The notes beneath the pieces were generated by a model. That model saw only the letters and a list, made by a program, of their open reading frames with translations, was not told the DNA's origin and searched no databases. DNA of 64,000 nucleotides from NCBI GenBank assembly GCA_018897155.1, contig JAHILE010000029.1:117-64116 (forward strand). The letters are read 5' to 3'. Made by a program: the position numbers and the translations under genes. Positions 47,159 through 56,677 of this stretch are shown one piece after another (within the stretch, counting starts at the first letter, position 1; the number at the start of each line of letters is the position of its first letter). This stretch comes from Nanobdellota archaeon (GTDB taxonomy: Archaea > EX4484-52 > LFW-46).

Positions 47159-47485
47159 ATGTCAGAACAACAACAGACTGATAAAAGTTCTTTAGGACAG
47201 AAAATTGAATGTTGTTTAAAGTATCCATTTACAAAACTAATTAATGCAATTACTCATTTGCTTAAAGAATTTAAAGATGCAGAGAAGCTACCTGCTTTAT
47301 TTGTAATAAGTATTGTCATACTTAGTCTTGCAGTTATGACCTACTTTAAAAACAGTTCGGAATTAGTAACAATAGTTGTATATAGCATTGCTATTGGTTG
47401 TATTGCATTAGTTTGCATCCTTTATTTTTTTACTCGGATTGCTGAATCTAAAAATAAAGCTAACTTGAATAACATATTTTATTAA
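47159..47485 (+). CDS. Two-TM membrane hypothetical protein
   Basis: Two hydrophobic helices; AT-rich. Confidence 0.6.
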   Translation: MSEQQQTDKSSLGQKIECCLKYPFTKLINAITHLLKEFKDAEKLPALFVISIVILSLAVMTYFKNSSELVTIVVYSIAIGCIALVCILYFFTRIAESKNKANLNNIFY

Positions 47486-47780
47486 AAAAGTGAAGCAAGC
47501 CTAATTATCCCCCGCCACCTATTAATCCCAGCTTCTAGTTTCAGCCCTGCAAGCTCGCAGGGTATCTTACCGGTCGTTGTATGCGCTTCTATGAAGTTGT
47601 GCTGTAATATGATGCCTGCCATGAGTATTGGCGCAGACCATAAGGCTTTGAAACCTCTAAAATCATATACCCTATCCTTTATTTTGCTAAAGACAGTTTC
47701 TATTCTTACGTTGTGTTTTCCAGTCTTGCTGACGTTATTTATTCGGTGTTCTACCCGAAGCCTGTATTTTGAATAAAATA
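47482..47780 (-). mobile_element. C-terminal remnant of a DDE (IS6/rve-like) transposase
   Basis: Start-less frame: HNVRIETVFSKIKDRVYDFRGFK...HNFIEAHTTTGKIPCELAGLKLEAGINRWRGII. Confidence 0.75.
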
Positions 47781-47875
47781 CTGGGCTGTTAAGTCTGATG
47801 GTGAGGAACGGTGAAATTCCTTACCCCTACATTTACTAAAAATAGCAAACATTTATATATTTGTGGGGATAATAT

Positions 47876-48784
47876 ATGCGCATGGCAGCAATAAGGAAAA
47901 AGAAAGTTGGCGCAGAGGAATATTATTATCTAGCGCATAGCTTTCGGGAAGGCGGCAAAATCGTGAAAAAGGAGAAGTATTTAGGAAAAGTCTTGCCAAA
48001 AAACATTGATGAAATCAAGCGCATATTTCTATCAGAAATTTACAAAGAAAAATGGTTCTCACAATTTGATAAAATAAAGCAGAGCTTCTCGAAAGACAGA
48101 AAAGCAACTCCGCCGTCGGCTCTTGAAAAGGAAATAAAGACCTTCGCAATCAGGTTTACCTATGACACAAACAAGATCGAAGGTTCGACTTTGACACTGC
48201 GGGAAACCGCGGACTTGCTTGGCAGAGGCATAACTCCATCTGAAAAACCTCTTCGCGACGTAAAGGAAGCAGAAGCCCATATGAAAGCATTCTACGAAAT
48301 GCGGGAATATAAAAAAGATATTTCTTTGCAGATGGTGCTTTATTTTCACAAAAAGCTATTCGAAGGAACAAAGCCCGACATCGCAGGAAAAATCAGACAG
48401 CATCAAGTGGCTATAGCCGGAAGCAAATTCATGCCGCCGTTTCCTGCGGAAGTGTATCCATTGCTTTCCGATTTTTTCAGGGGGTATAACAAGAATAAAT
48501 CGTCTTTGCATCCTGTAGAACTTGCCGCAGGGGTTCATATAAAGCTTGTGACAATCCATCCCTTTGCCGACGGAAACGGAAGAATAAGCCGTTTGATGAT
48601 GAATTTCGTATTGAACAAAAATGGATTTCCCATGCTGAACATACCATACGAAAAAAGAGGTGGGTATTATACTGCTTTAGAGCGCGCGCAGGTAAAAAAA
48701 GACGAGAGCATTTTTTTGCATTGGTTCTTCAAAAAATATCTTAATGAGTGCAAAAGATATGTGCGAAATAAAGAAATTGCTTAA
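47876..48784 (+). CDS. Fic family protein
   Basis: TNKIEGSTLT and HPFADGNGRISR. Confidence 0.95.
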   Translation: MRMAAIRKKKVGAEEYYYLAHSFREGGKIVKKEKYLGKVLPKNIDEIKRIFLSEIYKEKWFSQFDKIKQSFSKDRKATPPSALEKEIKTFAIRFTYDTNKIEGSTLTLRETADLLGRGITPSEKPLRDVKEAEAHMKAFYEMREYKKDISLQMVLYFHKKLFEGTKPDIAGKIRQHQVAIAGSKFMPPFPAEVYPLLSDFFRGYNKNKSSLHPVELAAGVHIKLVTIHPFADGNGRISRLMMNFVLNKNGFPMLNIPYEKRGGYYTALERAQVKKDESIFLHWFFKKYLNECKRYVRNKEIA

Positions 48785-48786
48785 AA

Positions 48787-50628
48787 CTAACTTATTTTTA
48801 CAATCTCTTTCGCCAATTCCGTAACTTTCCTAAAATCGCGCGCATTGGGCTCGTATTTTGCGAAGTTCACAAGGTCACAGGTTGAGAAGCACTCGCGCAC
48901 GTTCTTTATATAGTCTGCGTCTTCGGAACTGATTGCGCGTAGAATATCAGAACTCGTCATTTCAGTTTTGTCGAATCGGTGCTTGAAGTAGAAGCGAACC
49001 GCGCGCGACACAGTGACATACGCCTCTTTCTGCAAACTATTCGCAAAAAGCTTCTCAGCTTCTTCAATCATCTGGCGCGCCTTTTTTCTGTAGTCCAGCG
49101 GCCTTTTCTTATGCGCTTTGGCAATTACGGGTACGACGGGCGCCATTCGAGTTTTCTTATAATATAAATAAGCGACTGCGGCAGCAATTAAAAGCGCAAT
49201 AAGCCAATACCAAAAATTGTTTTTATTCTCGCCATTTTTTTCAATATTTATTTTAGTCACATTTATAGTGTTTCCAATAATCGTTGCGTTTCCATTTATT
49301 GATGCAGTTGCGTTTGTCGCAGGATTTGCGTAGTTGTATTGGAATGATGCCGCGGTTTTTTGTGTTGCATTTTCGGTTTGATTTGCACTCTGATTTTGCG
49401 TTTGAGCATTTTGATTGTTTGATTGCTGCGCATTGGTGCCTTGGTTTGCGCTTTGCTGCGCGTTTGCACCATGATTCTGGTTTTGTCCGGCGCTTTTTGC
49501 ATCAGGCGTTATTGATTTATTCTGCAACTCGAATCCCTGTTTTTTTAATTCTTCTTCAAGCTTCTGGAACTGCGAGCTGTTTTTAATTCCTTTTGCAGCA
49601 TTTTTTTCATCCTCGCTTGACCATTTCTGCATATTCTGAATTGTGCCGTTTTGCATATTCCCTTTTATCGAAGCGGTTTCTCCGCTCTCTTTTTTATACT
49701 GATAATTAAACGAGCCTTCATTCGGGTTGCTTTCTCCGCTTTGATTCTGCTCAGGAGATGCAATTTTCTCGCTTTGCCGATACCCCTGCTTTTGCAGTTC
49801 TTGATCCTGCTTTTGGAAATCAGGATTTGACTCAATATTTTTCATCATTTCCTGCTTTACAGCTTCTTCTTCTTGCGCCTGCTTCTGCAGTTCCTGCTTT
49901 ATTTGCTCCATGTTCTGGTTTTGCTGTTGCATGCTGTTGACTTTATCCTGCATCTGGTTTTGAGCCTGCTGATTCTGCTGCTGATTTTGATTGTTCTGAT
50001 TTTGGTTCTGTTGATTTTGCGAGCTGCTTGAGCTTGAGTATGACGTTGATTGCATTGAAACGCCGTTGCACTGGTAAACTGTTGTTATTCCTTGTTGTTG
50101 GACGTTTTGTGCAGACGCGGATTTTTTTATTAAAACTTCAATTTCGCCCGAAGTGACATTTTCCTCTTTTCCAGTTTCTGGATTTGTGTAGGTTATTAAT
50201 GCTTGCTCAAGCGTAAAATCGCCACTATCAAATGCCTGTATTGCAGGGTATGAAACATCAACAGTTTTCTGTTCGGGGATTATGTATTCCATGCACTGTA
50301 TGTCAACACCGTTTCCGCCAAGAATATTTTTGTCTTGTATTTTTAGGGGGATTGCCTTTCCGAAAGGATTTTCAAACTTCAGAATTATTTCGACATTGTC
50401 GCCTACGGAAATGTCACTTGTCTTCAGCGCCTTTTGAACTGAAAGCTGCTCTATTGAAAACGCGAAAGGCGCGGCTATAACAAACGCGCAAAAAAATACG
50501 AAGAGACATATTGTTTTTTTTATTTCGAATATTGAAGCTTCACAATGTATTGCAGAGCGGAAATTTCGAAAGCTTGAAAATCTGGACAAGCTCTGACATT
50601 TATGTCGGAGTACGCACAAGATTTTCAT
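48787..50628 (-). CDS. BatD-like secreted, membrane-anchored protein with Q/N-rich tracts
   Basis: Signal-like hydrophobic segment, Ig-like region, poly-Q/N, TM, C-terminal CDLVNFAKYEP. Confidence 0.7.
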   Translation of the reverse strand: MKILCVLRHKCQSLSRFSSFRNFRSAIHCEASIFEIKKTICLFVFFCAFVIAAPFAFSIEQLSVQKALKTSDISVGDNVEIILKFENPFGKAIPLKIQDKNILGGNGVDIQCMEYIIPEQKTVDVSYPAIQAFDSGDFTLEQALITYTNPETGKEENVTSGEIEVLIKKSASAQNVQQQGITTVYQCNGVSMQSTSYSSSSSSQNQQNQNQNNQNQQQNQQAQNQMQDKVNSMQQQNQNMEQIKQELQKQAQEEEAVKQEMMKNIESNPDFQKQDQELQKQGYRQSEKIASPEQNQSGESNPNEGSFNYQYKKESGETASIKGNMQNGTIQNMQKWSSEDEKNAAKGIKNSSQFQKLEEELKKQGFELQNKSITPDAKSAGQNQNHGANAQQSANQGTNAQQSNNQNAQTQNQSANQTENATQKTAASFQYNYANPATNATASINGNATIIGNTINVTKINIEKNGENKNNFWYWLIALLIAAAVAYLYYKKTRMAPVVPVIAKAHKKRPLDYRKKARQMIEEAEKLFANSLQKEAYVTVSRAVRFYFKHRFDKTEMTSSDILRAISSEDADYIKNVRECFSTCDLVNFAKYEPNARDFRKVTELAKEIVKIS

Positions 50629-50648
50629 GACAATCATCTCAAACACCT

Positions 50649-51605
50649 CTAATGGATTACTGAGTATTTTCCATAATTCAGGTAAATTCCTCCTATTGCA
50701 AGAATAATGGCACATGCTATAAACCAGTCCTTTATGGACGTATCCTTTTTTTCGCGGTCTATTTTTTCAGATAGTTGCGAGTAAATGTTTTCAAGAGTTT
50801 TTGCGTCAACTGATTTGTGGTATTCGCCGCCAGTGTCACGCGCGATTCCTTTGAGAGCTTCTTCGTCAAGCTGTGCATATTGCGGATTTCCGAACGGGTC
50901 ATATCCCATTATTGCGGGCTGGTTTGAGCCGACGCCTATTGTGTAGACTTGTATCTTGTTGTCTTTTGCGAATTTTGCTGCTTCCTCTGGCGATATAACC
51001 CCTGCATTATTTACTCCGTCGCTAAGAAGTATGACTACTTTTTTCTTGTTAGGTATGCTTGTTGCCATATCCACTGCAAGCGCAAGGCCATCACCGATCG
51101 CAGTCTGGCTCTGAGGAGAAATTGCTGCGAGCTTTTCTTTCGCGCGATCTTTCATAGGTGAGAGGTATGCTGTTGTTGTTGCTCCGGAAGAGAATGTGAC
51201 AATGCCGACATAATCGTTTGTGTTGAGGCTGTCTATCAATATCTGCGCAGATTTTTTTGCGGCTTCAAGGCGTGTCGGTTGGTAATCGTTTGCCTGCATG
51301 CTGCCTGAAACATCGATTGCAAGAACCACATTTACTCCCTTTTTCTCCTGCTTAAGCGGAATATGAGGGTCTGCAAGGGCTAATATAAGCAAAAGTATCA
51401 CCATACTATTTATAATAAATAATATTTTTTCGATATTTTTCGGCTTGTGATTGCTTAATTTCATTGCCTGCCTGACAAGATGCAGGTTGTTGAATTGCAT
51501 TGCGCGCTTTTTCTTTTTCTTAAGCGAGCGGCTGTAGAAGTAATAGATTATCGGAATCGCGGCTAGTAAAATCAAGTATTCCGGATTGAAAAAATTAAAC
51601 GGCAT
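50649..51605 (-). CDS. vWA domain protein, BatA-like
   Basis: ALADP, MIDAS motif DVSGSM, TAIGDG, LLSDG. Confidence 0.92.
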   Translation of the reverse strand: MPFNFFNPEYLILLAAIPIIYYFYSRSLKKKKKRAMQFNNLHLVRQAMKLSNHKPKNIEKILFIINSMVILLLILALADPHIPLKQEKKGVNVVLAIDVSGSMQANDYQPTRLEAAKKSAQILIDSLNTNDYVGIVTFSSGATTTAYLSPMKDRAKEKLAAISPQSQTAIGDGLALAVDMATSIPNKKKVVILLSDGVNNAGVISPEEAAKFAKDNKIQVYTIGVGSNQPAIMGYDPFGNPQYAQLDEEALKGIARDTGGEYHKSVDAKTLENIYSQLSEKIDREKKDTSIKDWFIACAIILAIGGIYLNYGKYSVIH

Positions 51606-51636
51606 AGTATACCCACTTGAAAATGTTTTTATCTTT

Positions 51637-52710
51637 TTATCTTATCCGTCTTCTTTTCTGGCGCATCTTAAAAAAAGACGCAACAGAAAAAAACCATTCT
51701 TTTGATGTCGAAGTTTCGATGAAATCGACTTTGCTTTCAGTCATTATTTTCTTTATTTCGTTTTTTCTTTTTTTTGAAATCTCGCTGAAATTCTTTCTGA
51801 ACAGTTCGTTTGATGTGTCAACAAGTACTTGTTCCCCGGTCTCGCCATCCTCAAGCTCTATAAAACCGACATTAGGAATAAGATATTCTCGTTCATCGGC
51901 CAGATTTATTGCAATGACGTCGTGTTTTTTCCCAAGTATACTCAATTCTTTTCGGAAGTTTGCGGGACTATCGAAAAAGTCAGAGACTATAAAAATTATG
52001 CTTTTCTGCTTCAAAACTTTTGACAAAAAATGCAGCGGCTTTTTTAGGTTTGTTGCCTTGCTTTTCGGCTCAAAAAAAAGTATGTCTGAAAGCAGGCGCA
52101 TTGCGTGTTTTTTTCCTTTTTTTGGCGGCACATATTTTTCAATGAAATCTGTCGCAAGCAACAATCCTGCGCGGTCATTATTCCTTGTTGCTGAAAATAT
52201 GATGCTTGAAGCAATTTCTGCGCCGATTTCTTTTTTCAGCGCGTTTTCAGTTCCGAAATTTCCGCTTCCCGAGATATCAAGTAGGACAATTGCCGCGAGG
52301 TCGCGCTCCTCGATAAATTCCTTGACAAACGGCTTGTTCATCTTTGCCGAGACATTCCAGTTTATTGTCCGTATGTCGTCGCCTGCTTCGTATTCGCGCA
52401 TGTCTGAAAATTCTATTCCACGGCCTTTGAAAACCGAATGATACGCGCCCTGCATAAGGCCGTTCACAAGCCTGCGCGTCTTTATTTCCAAGAGCTTTAT
52501 GCGCTTTATAGCTTTCTGCTTTTCGGCAACGTTTTTTATTTTTTTTGGGATTTCCTGTTTTTTGATGGTTTTATCAGCATCATTGGCTTCTGTTTTTTTG
52601 AACTTTTGAAATATTTTCGAGCCTATTGGATGCGCCATTTTAAAAACGCGCGAAGCATAATGGTGCAGTTTTTTTCCTTTTTGTCCGAGTGTATTCAAAT
52701 AATTTTTCAT
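51637..52710 (-). CDS. DUF58 domain protein
   Basis: FKGRGIEFSDMREYEAGDDIRTINWNVSA, KEFIEER, VSDF. Confidence 0.93.
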   Translation of the reverse strand: MKNYLNTLGQKGKKLHHYASRVFKMAHPIGSKIFQKFKKTEANDADKTIKKQEIPKKIKNVAEKQKAIKRIKLLEIKTRRLVNGLMQGAYHSVFKGRGIEFSDMREYEAGDDIRTINWNVSAKMNKPFVKEFIEERDLAAIVLLDISGSGNFGTENALKKEIGAEIASSIIFSATRNNDRAGLLLATDFIEKYVPPKKGKKHAMRLLSDILFFEPKSKATNLKKPLHFLSKVLKQKSIIFIVSDFFDSPANFRKELSILGKKHDVIAINLADEREYLIPNVGFIELEDGETGEQVLVDTSNELFRKNFSEISKKRKNEIKKIMTESKVDFIETSTSKEWFFSVASFFKMRQKRRRIR

Positions 52711-52749
52711 GAGTATTATGAAGAATTGCCAATTATTCGCGGCACTTAT

Positions 52750-53739
52750 CTATGGAACTCTGACTTCTTTTAATATTCCGTCAATAACGCTGTCTGTTGT
52801 TACATTTTCAGCTTCAGCTTCGTATGTCAATATCAGCCTGTGGCGCAGAACGTCATGAGCAACAGCCTTTATGTCCTCTGGAATCACATAGCCGCGGCCT
52901 GCAAGAAGGGCGTGCGCTTTGCCGCCAAGAACCATCCAGATTGACGCGCGCGGGGATGCGCCGTACTCTACAATTCCGTCATTCCTGTTTCTTGTAGCGT
53001 GCACTATGTCAGTTGCGTAGCACATGATTTTTTCATCGGCGTAGATTTTGCGCACAAAAGACTGTATTTCAAGTATTTTATCGGGCGAGATTATTTTTTT
53101 GACATTCGGGATTTCAGAACCCGTCATTCTTTGCACAATTTGCAGTTCCTCTTCTTTCGAGGGGTATCCGACAAACACTTTGAACATGAACCGGTCTACC
53201 TGCGCTTCAGGAAGGCTGTACGTACCTTCTGTTTCAATAGGATTTTGCGTCGCAAGGACGAGAAATGGCTTCTGAAGCATGAAAGTTTCATCGGATATTG
53301 TAACCTGCTTTTCCTGCATTGCTTCAAGAAGTGCGGATTGGACTTTTGGAGGCGCGCGGTTTATTTCGTCCGCCAGAATGAAATTTGCAAATATCGGGCC
53401 TTTTTTTGTCGAGAAAGAACTGCTTTTATGGTTGTATATTTTTGTACCGAGAATATCTGCCGGAAGAAGGTCGGGCGTGAACTGGATTCTTTTAAATGTC
53501 GTATTGATGGAATCGGAAAGCGTTTTTATCATTATTGTCTTTGCAAGCCCGGGCATGCCTTCAAGAAGTATGTGGCCGTCAGAAACAAGGGAAATAATCA
53601 GGCGCTGAATGACTTTTTCCTGGCCGACAATGACTTTTTTCATTTCATTTGATATCTTGTCAAGTTCTGCGGCATACGCCACCGCCTTTTTGTTCAGCTC
53701 AAGAATTTCTTTGTTCTCTTTAATTTCTTTATCCGGCAT
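52750..53739 (-). CDS. moxR: MoxR family AAA+ ATPase
   Basis: GMPGLAKT, RIQFTPDLLPAD, DEINRA, ATQNPIE, GASPRA. Confidence 0.96.
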   Translation of the reverse strand: MPDKEIKENKEILELNKKAVAYAAELDKISNEMKKVIVGQEKVIQRLIISLVSDGHILLEGMPGLAKTIMIKTLSDSINTTFKRIQFTPDLLPADILGTKIYNHKSSSFSTKKGPIFANFILADEINRAPPKVQSALLEAMQEKQVTISDETFMLQKPFLVLATQNPIETEGTYSLPEAQVDRFMFKVFVGYPSKEEELQIVQRMTGSEIPNVKKIISPDKILEIQSFVRKIYADEKIMCYATDIVHATRNRNDGIVEYGASPRASIWMVLGGKAHALLAGRGYVIPEDIKAVAHDVLRHRLILTYEAEAENVTTDSVIDGILKEVRVP

Positions 53740-53834
53740 ATTTCCCTCCCCATTGCGCAAGGCGCGATAGCTAATAATGGGAGATTAAAAATATAAGCAT
53801 TACACTAATTGAAACAGAGCGAATGCTTTTAGAA

Positions 53835-54029
53835 TTATTTTTTCACAGCGGATTTTTCCTTAATCTTTTCATTTCTATATGTGTCAGTCCACTTTACATG
53901 CCTCGGGTTCCTGATTTCTTTGTTGCTCTGGCACTTAGAATTACAGAAAAAATATGCTGTTCCGTCAATTTTTACGAACATCTTTCCAGTGCCTACAAGT
54001 ATTTCTTTTCCGCAAAATGTGCATTTCAT
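53835..54029 (-). CDS. rpl24e: 50S ribosomal protein L24e
   Basis: CTFCG..I..GTGKMFV..DG...FCNSKC, RNPRHVKWT. Confidence 0.95.
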   Translation of the reverse strand: MKCTFCGKEILVGTGKMFVKIDGTAYFFCNSKCQSNKEIRNPRHVKWTDTYRNEKIKEKSAVKK

Positions 54030-54060
54030 ACTATTCACCTATTTTATCGCATCGTGTGAA

Positions 54061-54282
54061 TTATGCGTTTTTATTCAAACCTATTATATAATTACGATCT
54101 ATTTCTCTTTTAGGACAAATTGTATCATTACAGATGGGTTTATCATCTGTAGTATTATTCCTTTTTCTTTCAAGACAAAAAATATCGTTACAGGTACTTG
54201 TATCGATATCATTTATTGTTTTCTCCCCATATTGTTGTTCTAAATGTCTATATTGGGATATGTCCATTATGATATTACTCAA
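54061..54282 (-). CDS. Hypothetical protein inside the r-protein operon
   Basis: 73-aa AT-rich ORF overlapping the S28e stop; CNDIFC and CNDTIC. Confidence 0.5.
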   Translation of the reverse strand: MSNIIMDISQYRHLEQQYGEKTINDIDTSTCNDIFCLERKRNNTTDDKPICNDTICPKREIDRNYIIGLNKNA

Positions 54283-54469
54283 TCAACGTTGCAGTCTCCA
54301 TTTCTGCTTCAGGCACCATTAATATGTCGCCTATGCGGACCGGACCAAGAACATTTCTAACAAGGACTTTGTCGCGCCCTGAATCCGAGGTGACTTTGCA
54401 CCTGACGCGCGATATTCCTTTTACGCCTGCTCGACCCATAATTAAAATAACTTTTGTTGGTACTGCCAT
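54275..54469 (-). CDS. rps28e: 30S ribosomal protein S28e
   Basis: GRAGVKG, RNVLGPVRIGDIL. Confidence 0.93.
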   Translation of the reverse strand: MAVPTKVILIMGRAGVKGISRVRCKVTSDSGRDKVLVRNVLGPVRIGDILMVPEAEMETATLIE

Positions 54470-54490
54470 AAAAAATCACGGATATTGGTT

Positions 54491-54865
54491 CTACTTTCTT
54501 TGAAGTTCCTTTATTCTCTCGATAACTTCATCAACATTCTTTTTTCCTCTGCCTTCTTCGACAACTGCAACAGAAGCTGTTGAAACTTCGAGGCCCACCG
54601 CTTTTCCAAGCTCTTCTTTGCTTTCAACAAAGATATATGGAGCTTTTTTCTCTTTGCAGAGTGCTGGAATATGCATTACTATTTCTTCCGGCTGGACATC
54701 CATAGCAACAACAACAAGCTTTGCGATTCCTCGCTCTATTGCTTTTGTTGTTTCATTCACGCCTTTGCGTATGTTGCCTGATTCCTTAACTGCTTCAAGA
54801 GCGTCAAGAACTTTTTCAGAATCTTCCTTTGAAACTTCGTATTCTACAAAAATTTTTCCTGCCAT
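54491..54865 (-). CDS. rpl7ae: 50S ribosomal protein L7Ae
   Basis: RKGVNETTKAIERG, DVQPEEIVMHIP. Confidence 0.97.
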   Translation of the reverse strand: MAGKIFVEYEVSKEDSEKVLDALEAVKESGNIRKGVNETTKAIERGIAKLVVVAMDVQPEEIVMHIPALCKEKKAPYIFVESKEELGKAVGLEVSTASVAVVEEGRGKKNVDEVIERIKELQRK

Positions 54866-54941
54866 AAAAAACACCTTTTAGCCCAAGAGGGCATCATCAA
54901 GTTCTATTATCCTTTTTTTCAAAGATTTAAATAACTTCGAT

Positions 54942-55244
54942 TTATCCATTCTTTTTGACAAATCTCTTCTTTGTCACTTTGAATCCGGTTTCATCGCGCT
55001 TCTGTACAATTCCTCGGTGCCTTGCGCATGAAGGGCATACATAAATTTTATGTGATCCTAAGCTGACGTTTCTCGGGTCTATTTCACGCCGAAGCAACGG
55101 GTCGTTTAGCCGAAATCCGCGGTATGTGGTGAATGTCTTGTGGCGCGGAACAATTCTTCCGCAAAATCCACAGAGCGTTGTTCCCTGATGGCCTCTGCCG
55201 CCCGTGTGTTTGTATCCGCGTTTGTATGTAACGATTTCTGGCAT
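54942..55244 (-). CDS. rps26e: 30S ribosomal protein S26e
   Basis: GGRGH..CGFCGRIVPRHK...YVCPSCARHRGIV. Confidence 0.88.
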   Translation of the reverse strand: MPEIVTYKRGYKHTGGRGHQGTTLCGFCGRIVPRHKTFTTYRGFRLNDPLLRREIDPRNVSLGSHKIYVCPSCARHRGIVQKRDETGFKVTKKRFVKKNG

Positions 55245-55273
55245 TTTCAATCATCTCAACATGCATTGGATTG

Positions 55274-55454
55274 AAATCCTTTCGCAAGCTTTGCTTGCTC
55301 TAGGCTTTTTCAATATCCTCGAAAAAAGCTTGAAAGCGCTATCAAGCTTTCAAGATTTTTAGCCATTTTGAACTATTCACAAAGTTCATTGGGTTCGAAA
55401 GCATGAAAATTCACAAGAATCTTCAAGATTTATCAATTTATTTGGGCTAAAATC
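55274..55454 (+). repeat. Compound palindromic element between L44e and S26e
   Basis: AAATCCTTTCG-CAAGC/GCTTG-CTCTAGGCTTTTTC..GAAAAAAGC followed by several nested hairpins. Confidence 0.8.
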
Positions 55455-55475
55455 AACTTCCTGATAATGAATAAT

Positions 55476-55790
55476 TTACTGGCCGGTTGCCTGCGCAATC
55501 TCGAATTTTTTCATTCGTATTGCATTCATTGACTGAGTCTTTTTTCCGCAGGTTTTACATCCGTATCGTATCATGACTTTTTGCGATGTTTTTGCTCCTG
55601 CACGCCTGTTGTTTTCAAGTTTCGGATAAGGCGAGCCTCCGTAGCCATAGTCCAGCTTGACTGTTTTTCTTCGGCCTTTTTTCAATGAAGAGCCTGAGCG
55701 CCTTCCTGATGTTTTCACGCGCTCAAGCTTCTGATCAGTATGCTTATTACACTTTGGACAATAACGTTTTGCTTCTCTTGGGTACTTCAT
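55476..55790 (-). CDS. rpl44e: 50S ribosomal protein L44e
   Basis: YCPKCNKHT, GYGG, KTSQK, CKTCGK. Confidence 0.93.
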   Translation of the reverse strand: MKYPREAKRYCPKCNKHTDQKLERVKTSGRRSGSSLKKGRRKTVKLDYGYGGSPYPKLENNRRAGAKTSQKVMIRYGCKTCGKKTQSMNAIRMKKFEIAQATGQ

Positions 55791-55867
55791 AAGGGGCACC
55801 TTTTTTCTTCAAATGCACTAATAATCTGCAACTTAACTTTATAAACCTTCAGCCTTACGCACACCAT

Positions 55868-56461
55868 TCATTCGGTTTTTTCAGCCATTTTTGCAGTTAT
55901 CAGCAATTCTGCGGCTTTTTTTGGAAATTCTGCTGTTTGTCCTGCGTTCAAAGGACCATAAGAATTCATATCTTGCGCAACAAACGTAGGTATGTCACAA
56001 AGCGCCTTTATTTTCAGGATTTCTTTTATTGCTTTTACACCAATTGGTGCGTTTTTTTCAGCGGCTTTTTCCATTATTGCGACAGTCTCTGATTTATTGG
56101 GCGCAGAAATATTTTGCGCTGCAACAAAATCAATGTATTTTCCGGAAAGCACATCATTTATTATCACGCGGTTTATTTTCAATAGTTCTACTATCTTTGA
56201 AAAAAGCGTTTCTTCCTCTGAAAGCAAATTTTCCGGCTTTATATCGGCGCGCGCGGATTGCAGCGCAGCGGTCACTATTTTTCGCTCACGCGTGTCAAGT
56301 ATGCTTTTGACAAGTGGCCGTATGCTTTCGGCCTCTGTTGAATCGCTGTCAAGGCATTTTGAGCATGCGGCATAGAAACTGGATTCGATTTTCTGGAGCG
56401 TCGAGGCATCTCTTTCGCTTTTCTGAAGCTCTCTGAGATATTTGAATGTAAGGACAGTCAT
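55868..56461 (-). CDS. GINS complex subunit (Gins15/51-like)
   Basis: LRELQKSER..LQKI...FY, RERKI, ENLLSEE, C-terminal DIPTFV..D..SYGP B-domain; adjacent to L44e. Confidence 0.8.
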   Translation of the reverse strand: MTVLTFKYLRELQKSERDASTLQKIESSFYAACSKCLDSDSTEAESIRPLVKSILDTRERKIVTAALQSARADIKPENLLSEEETLFSKIVELLKINRVIINDVLSGKYIDFVAAQNISAPNKSETVAIMEKAAEKNAPIGVKAIKEILKIKALCDIPTFVAQDMNSYGPLNAGQTAEFPKKAAELLITAKMAEKTE

Positions 56462-56537
56462 ATGTTTTTCTTTGCATTCAAATCTTAAAAATCAATCGGG
56501 AGCTTTTTAGTTTTTCTTGATATGTGTATTTAAATTA

Positions 56538-56621
56538 TGCAGGGGAAGGGATTTGAACCCTCGAACTCACTAAGAGACTGGGTCCTAAGCCCAGCACCGT
56601 TGGCCGCTTGGTTACCCCTGC
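56538..56621 (-). tRNA. tRNA-Leu(TAG), no intron
   Basis: GCAGGGG/CCCCTGC acceptor, CTGGG-CTTAGGA-CCCAG, long variable arm, A73. Confidence 0.95.
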
Positions 56622-56677
56622 ATAGAAAGAATATTGTGGTGGAAGAAGTTTAAAAACATGTATTAAGAACAATGTGT

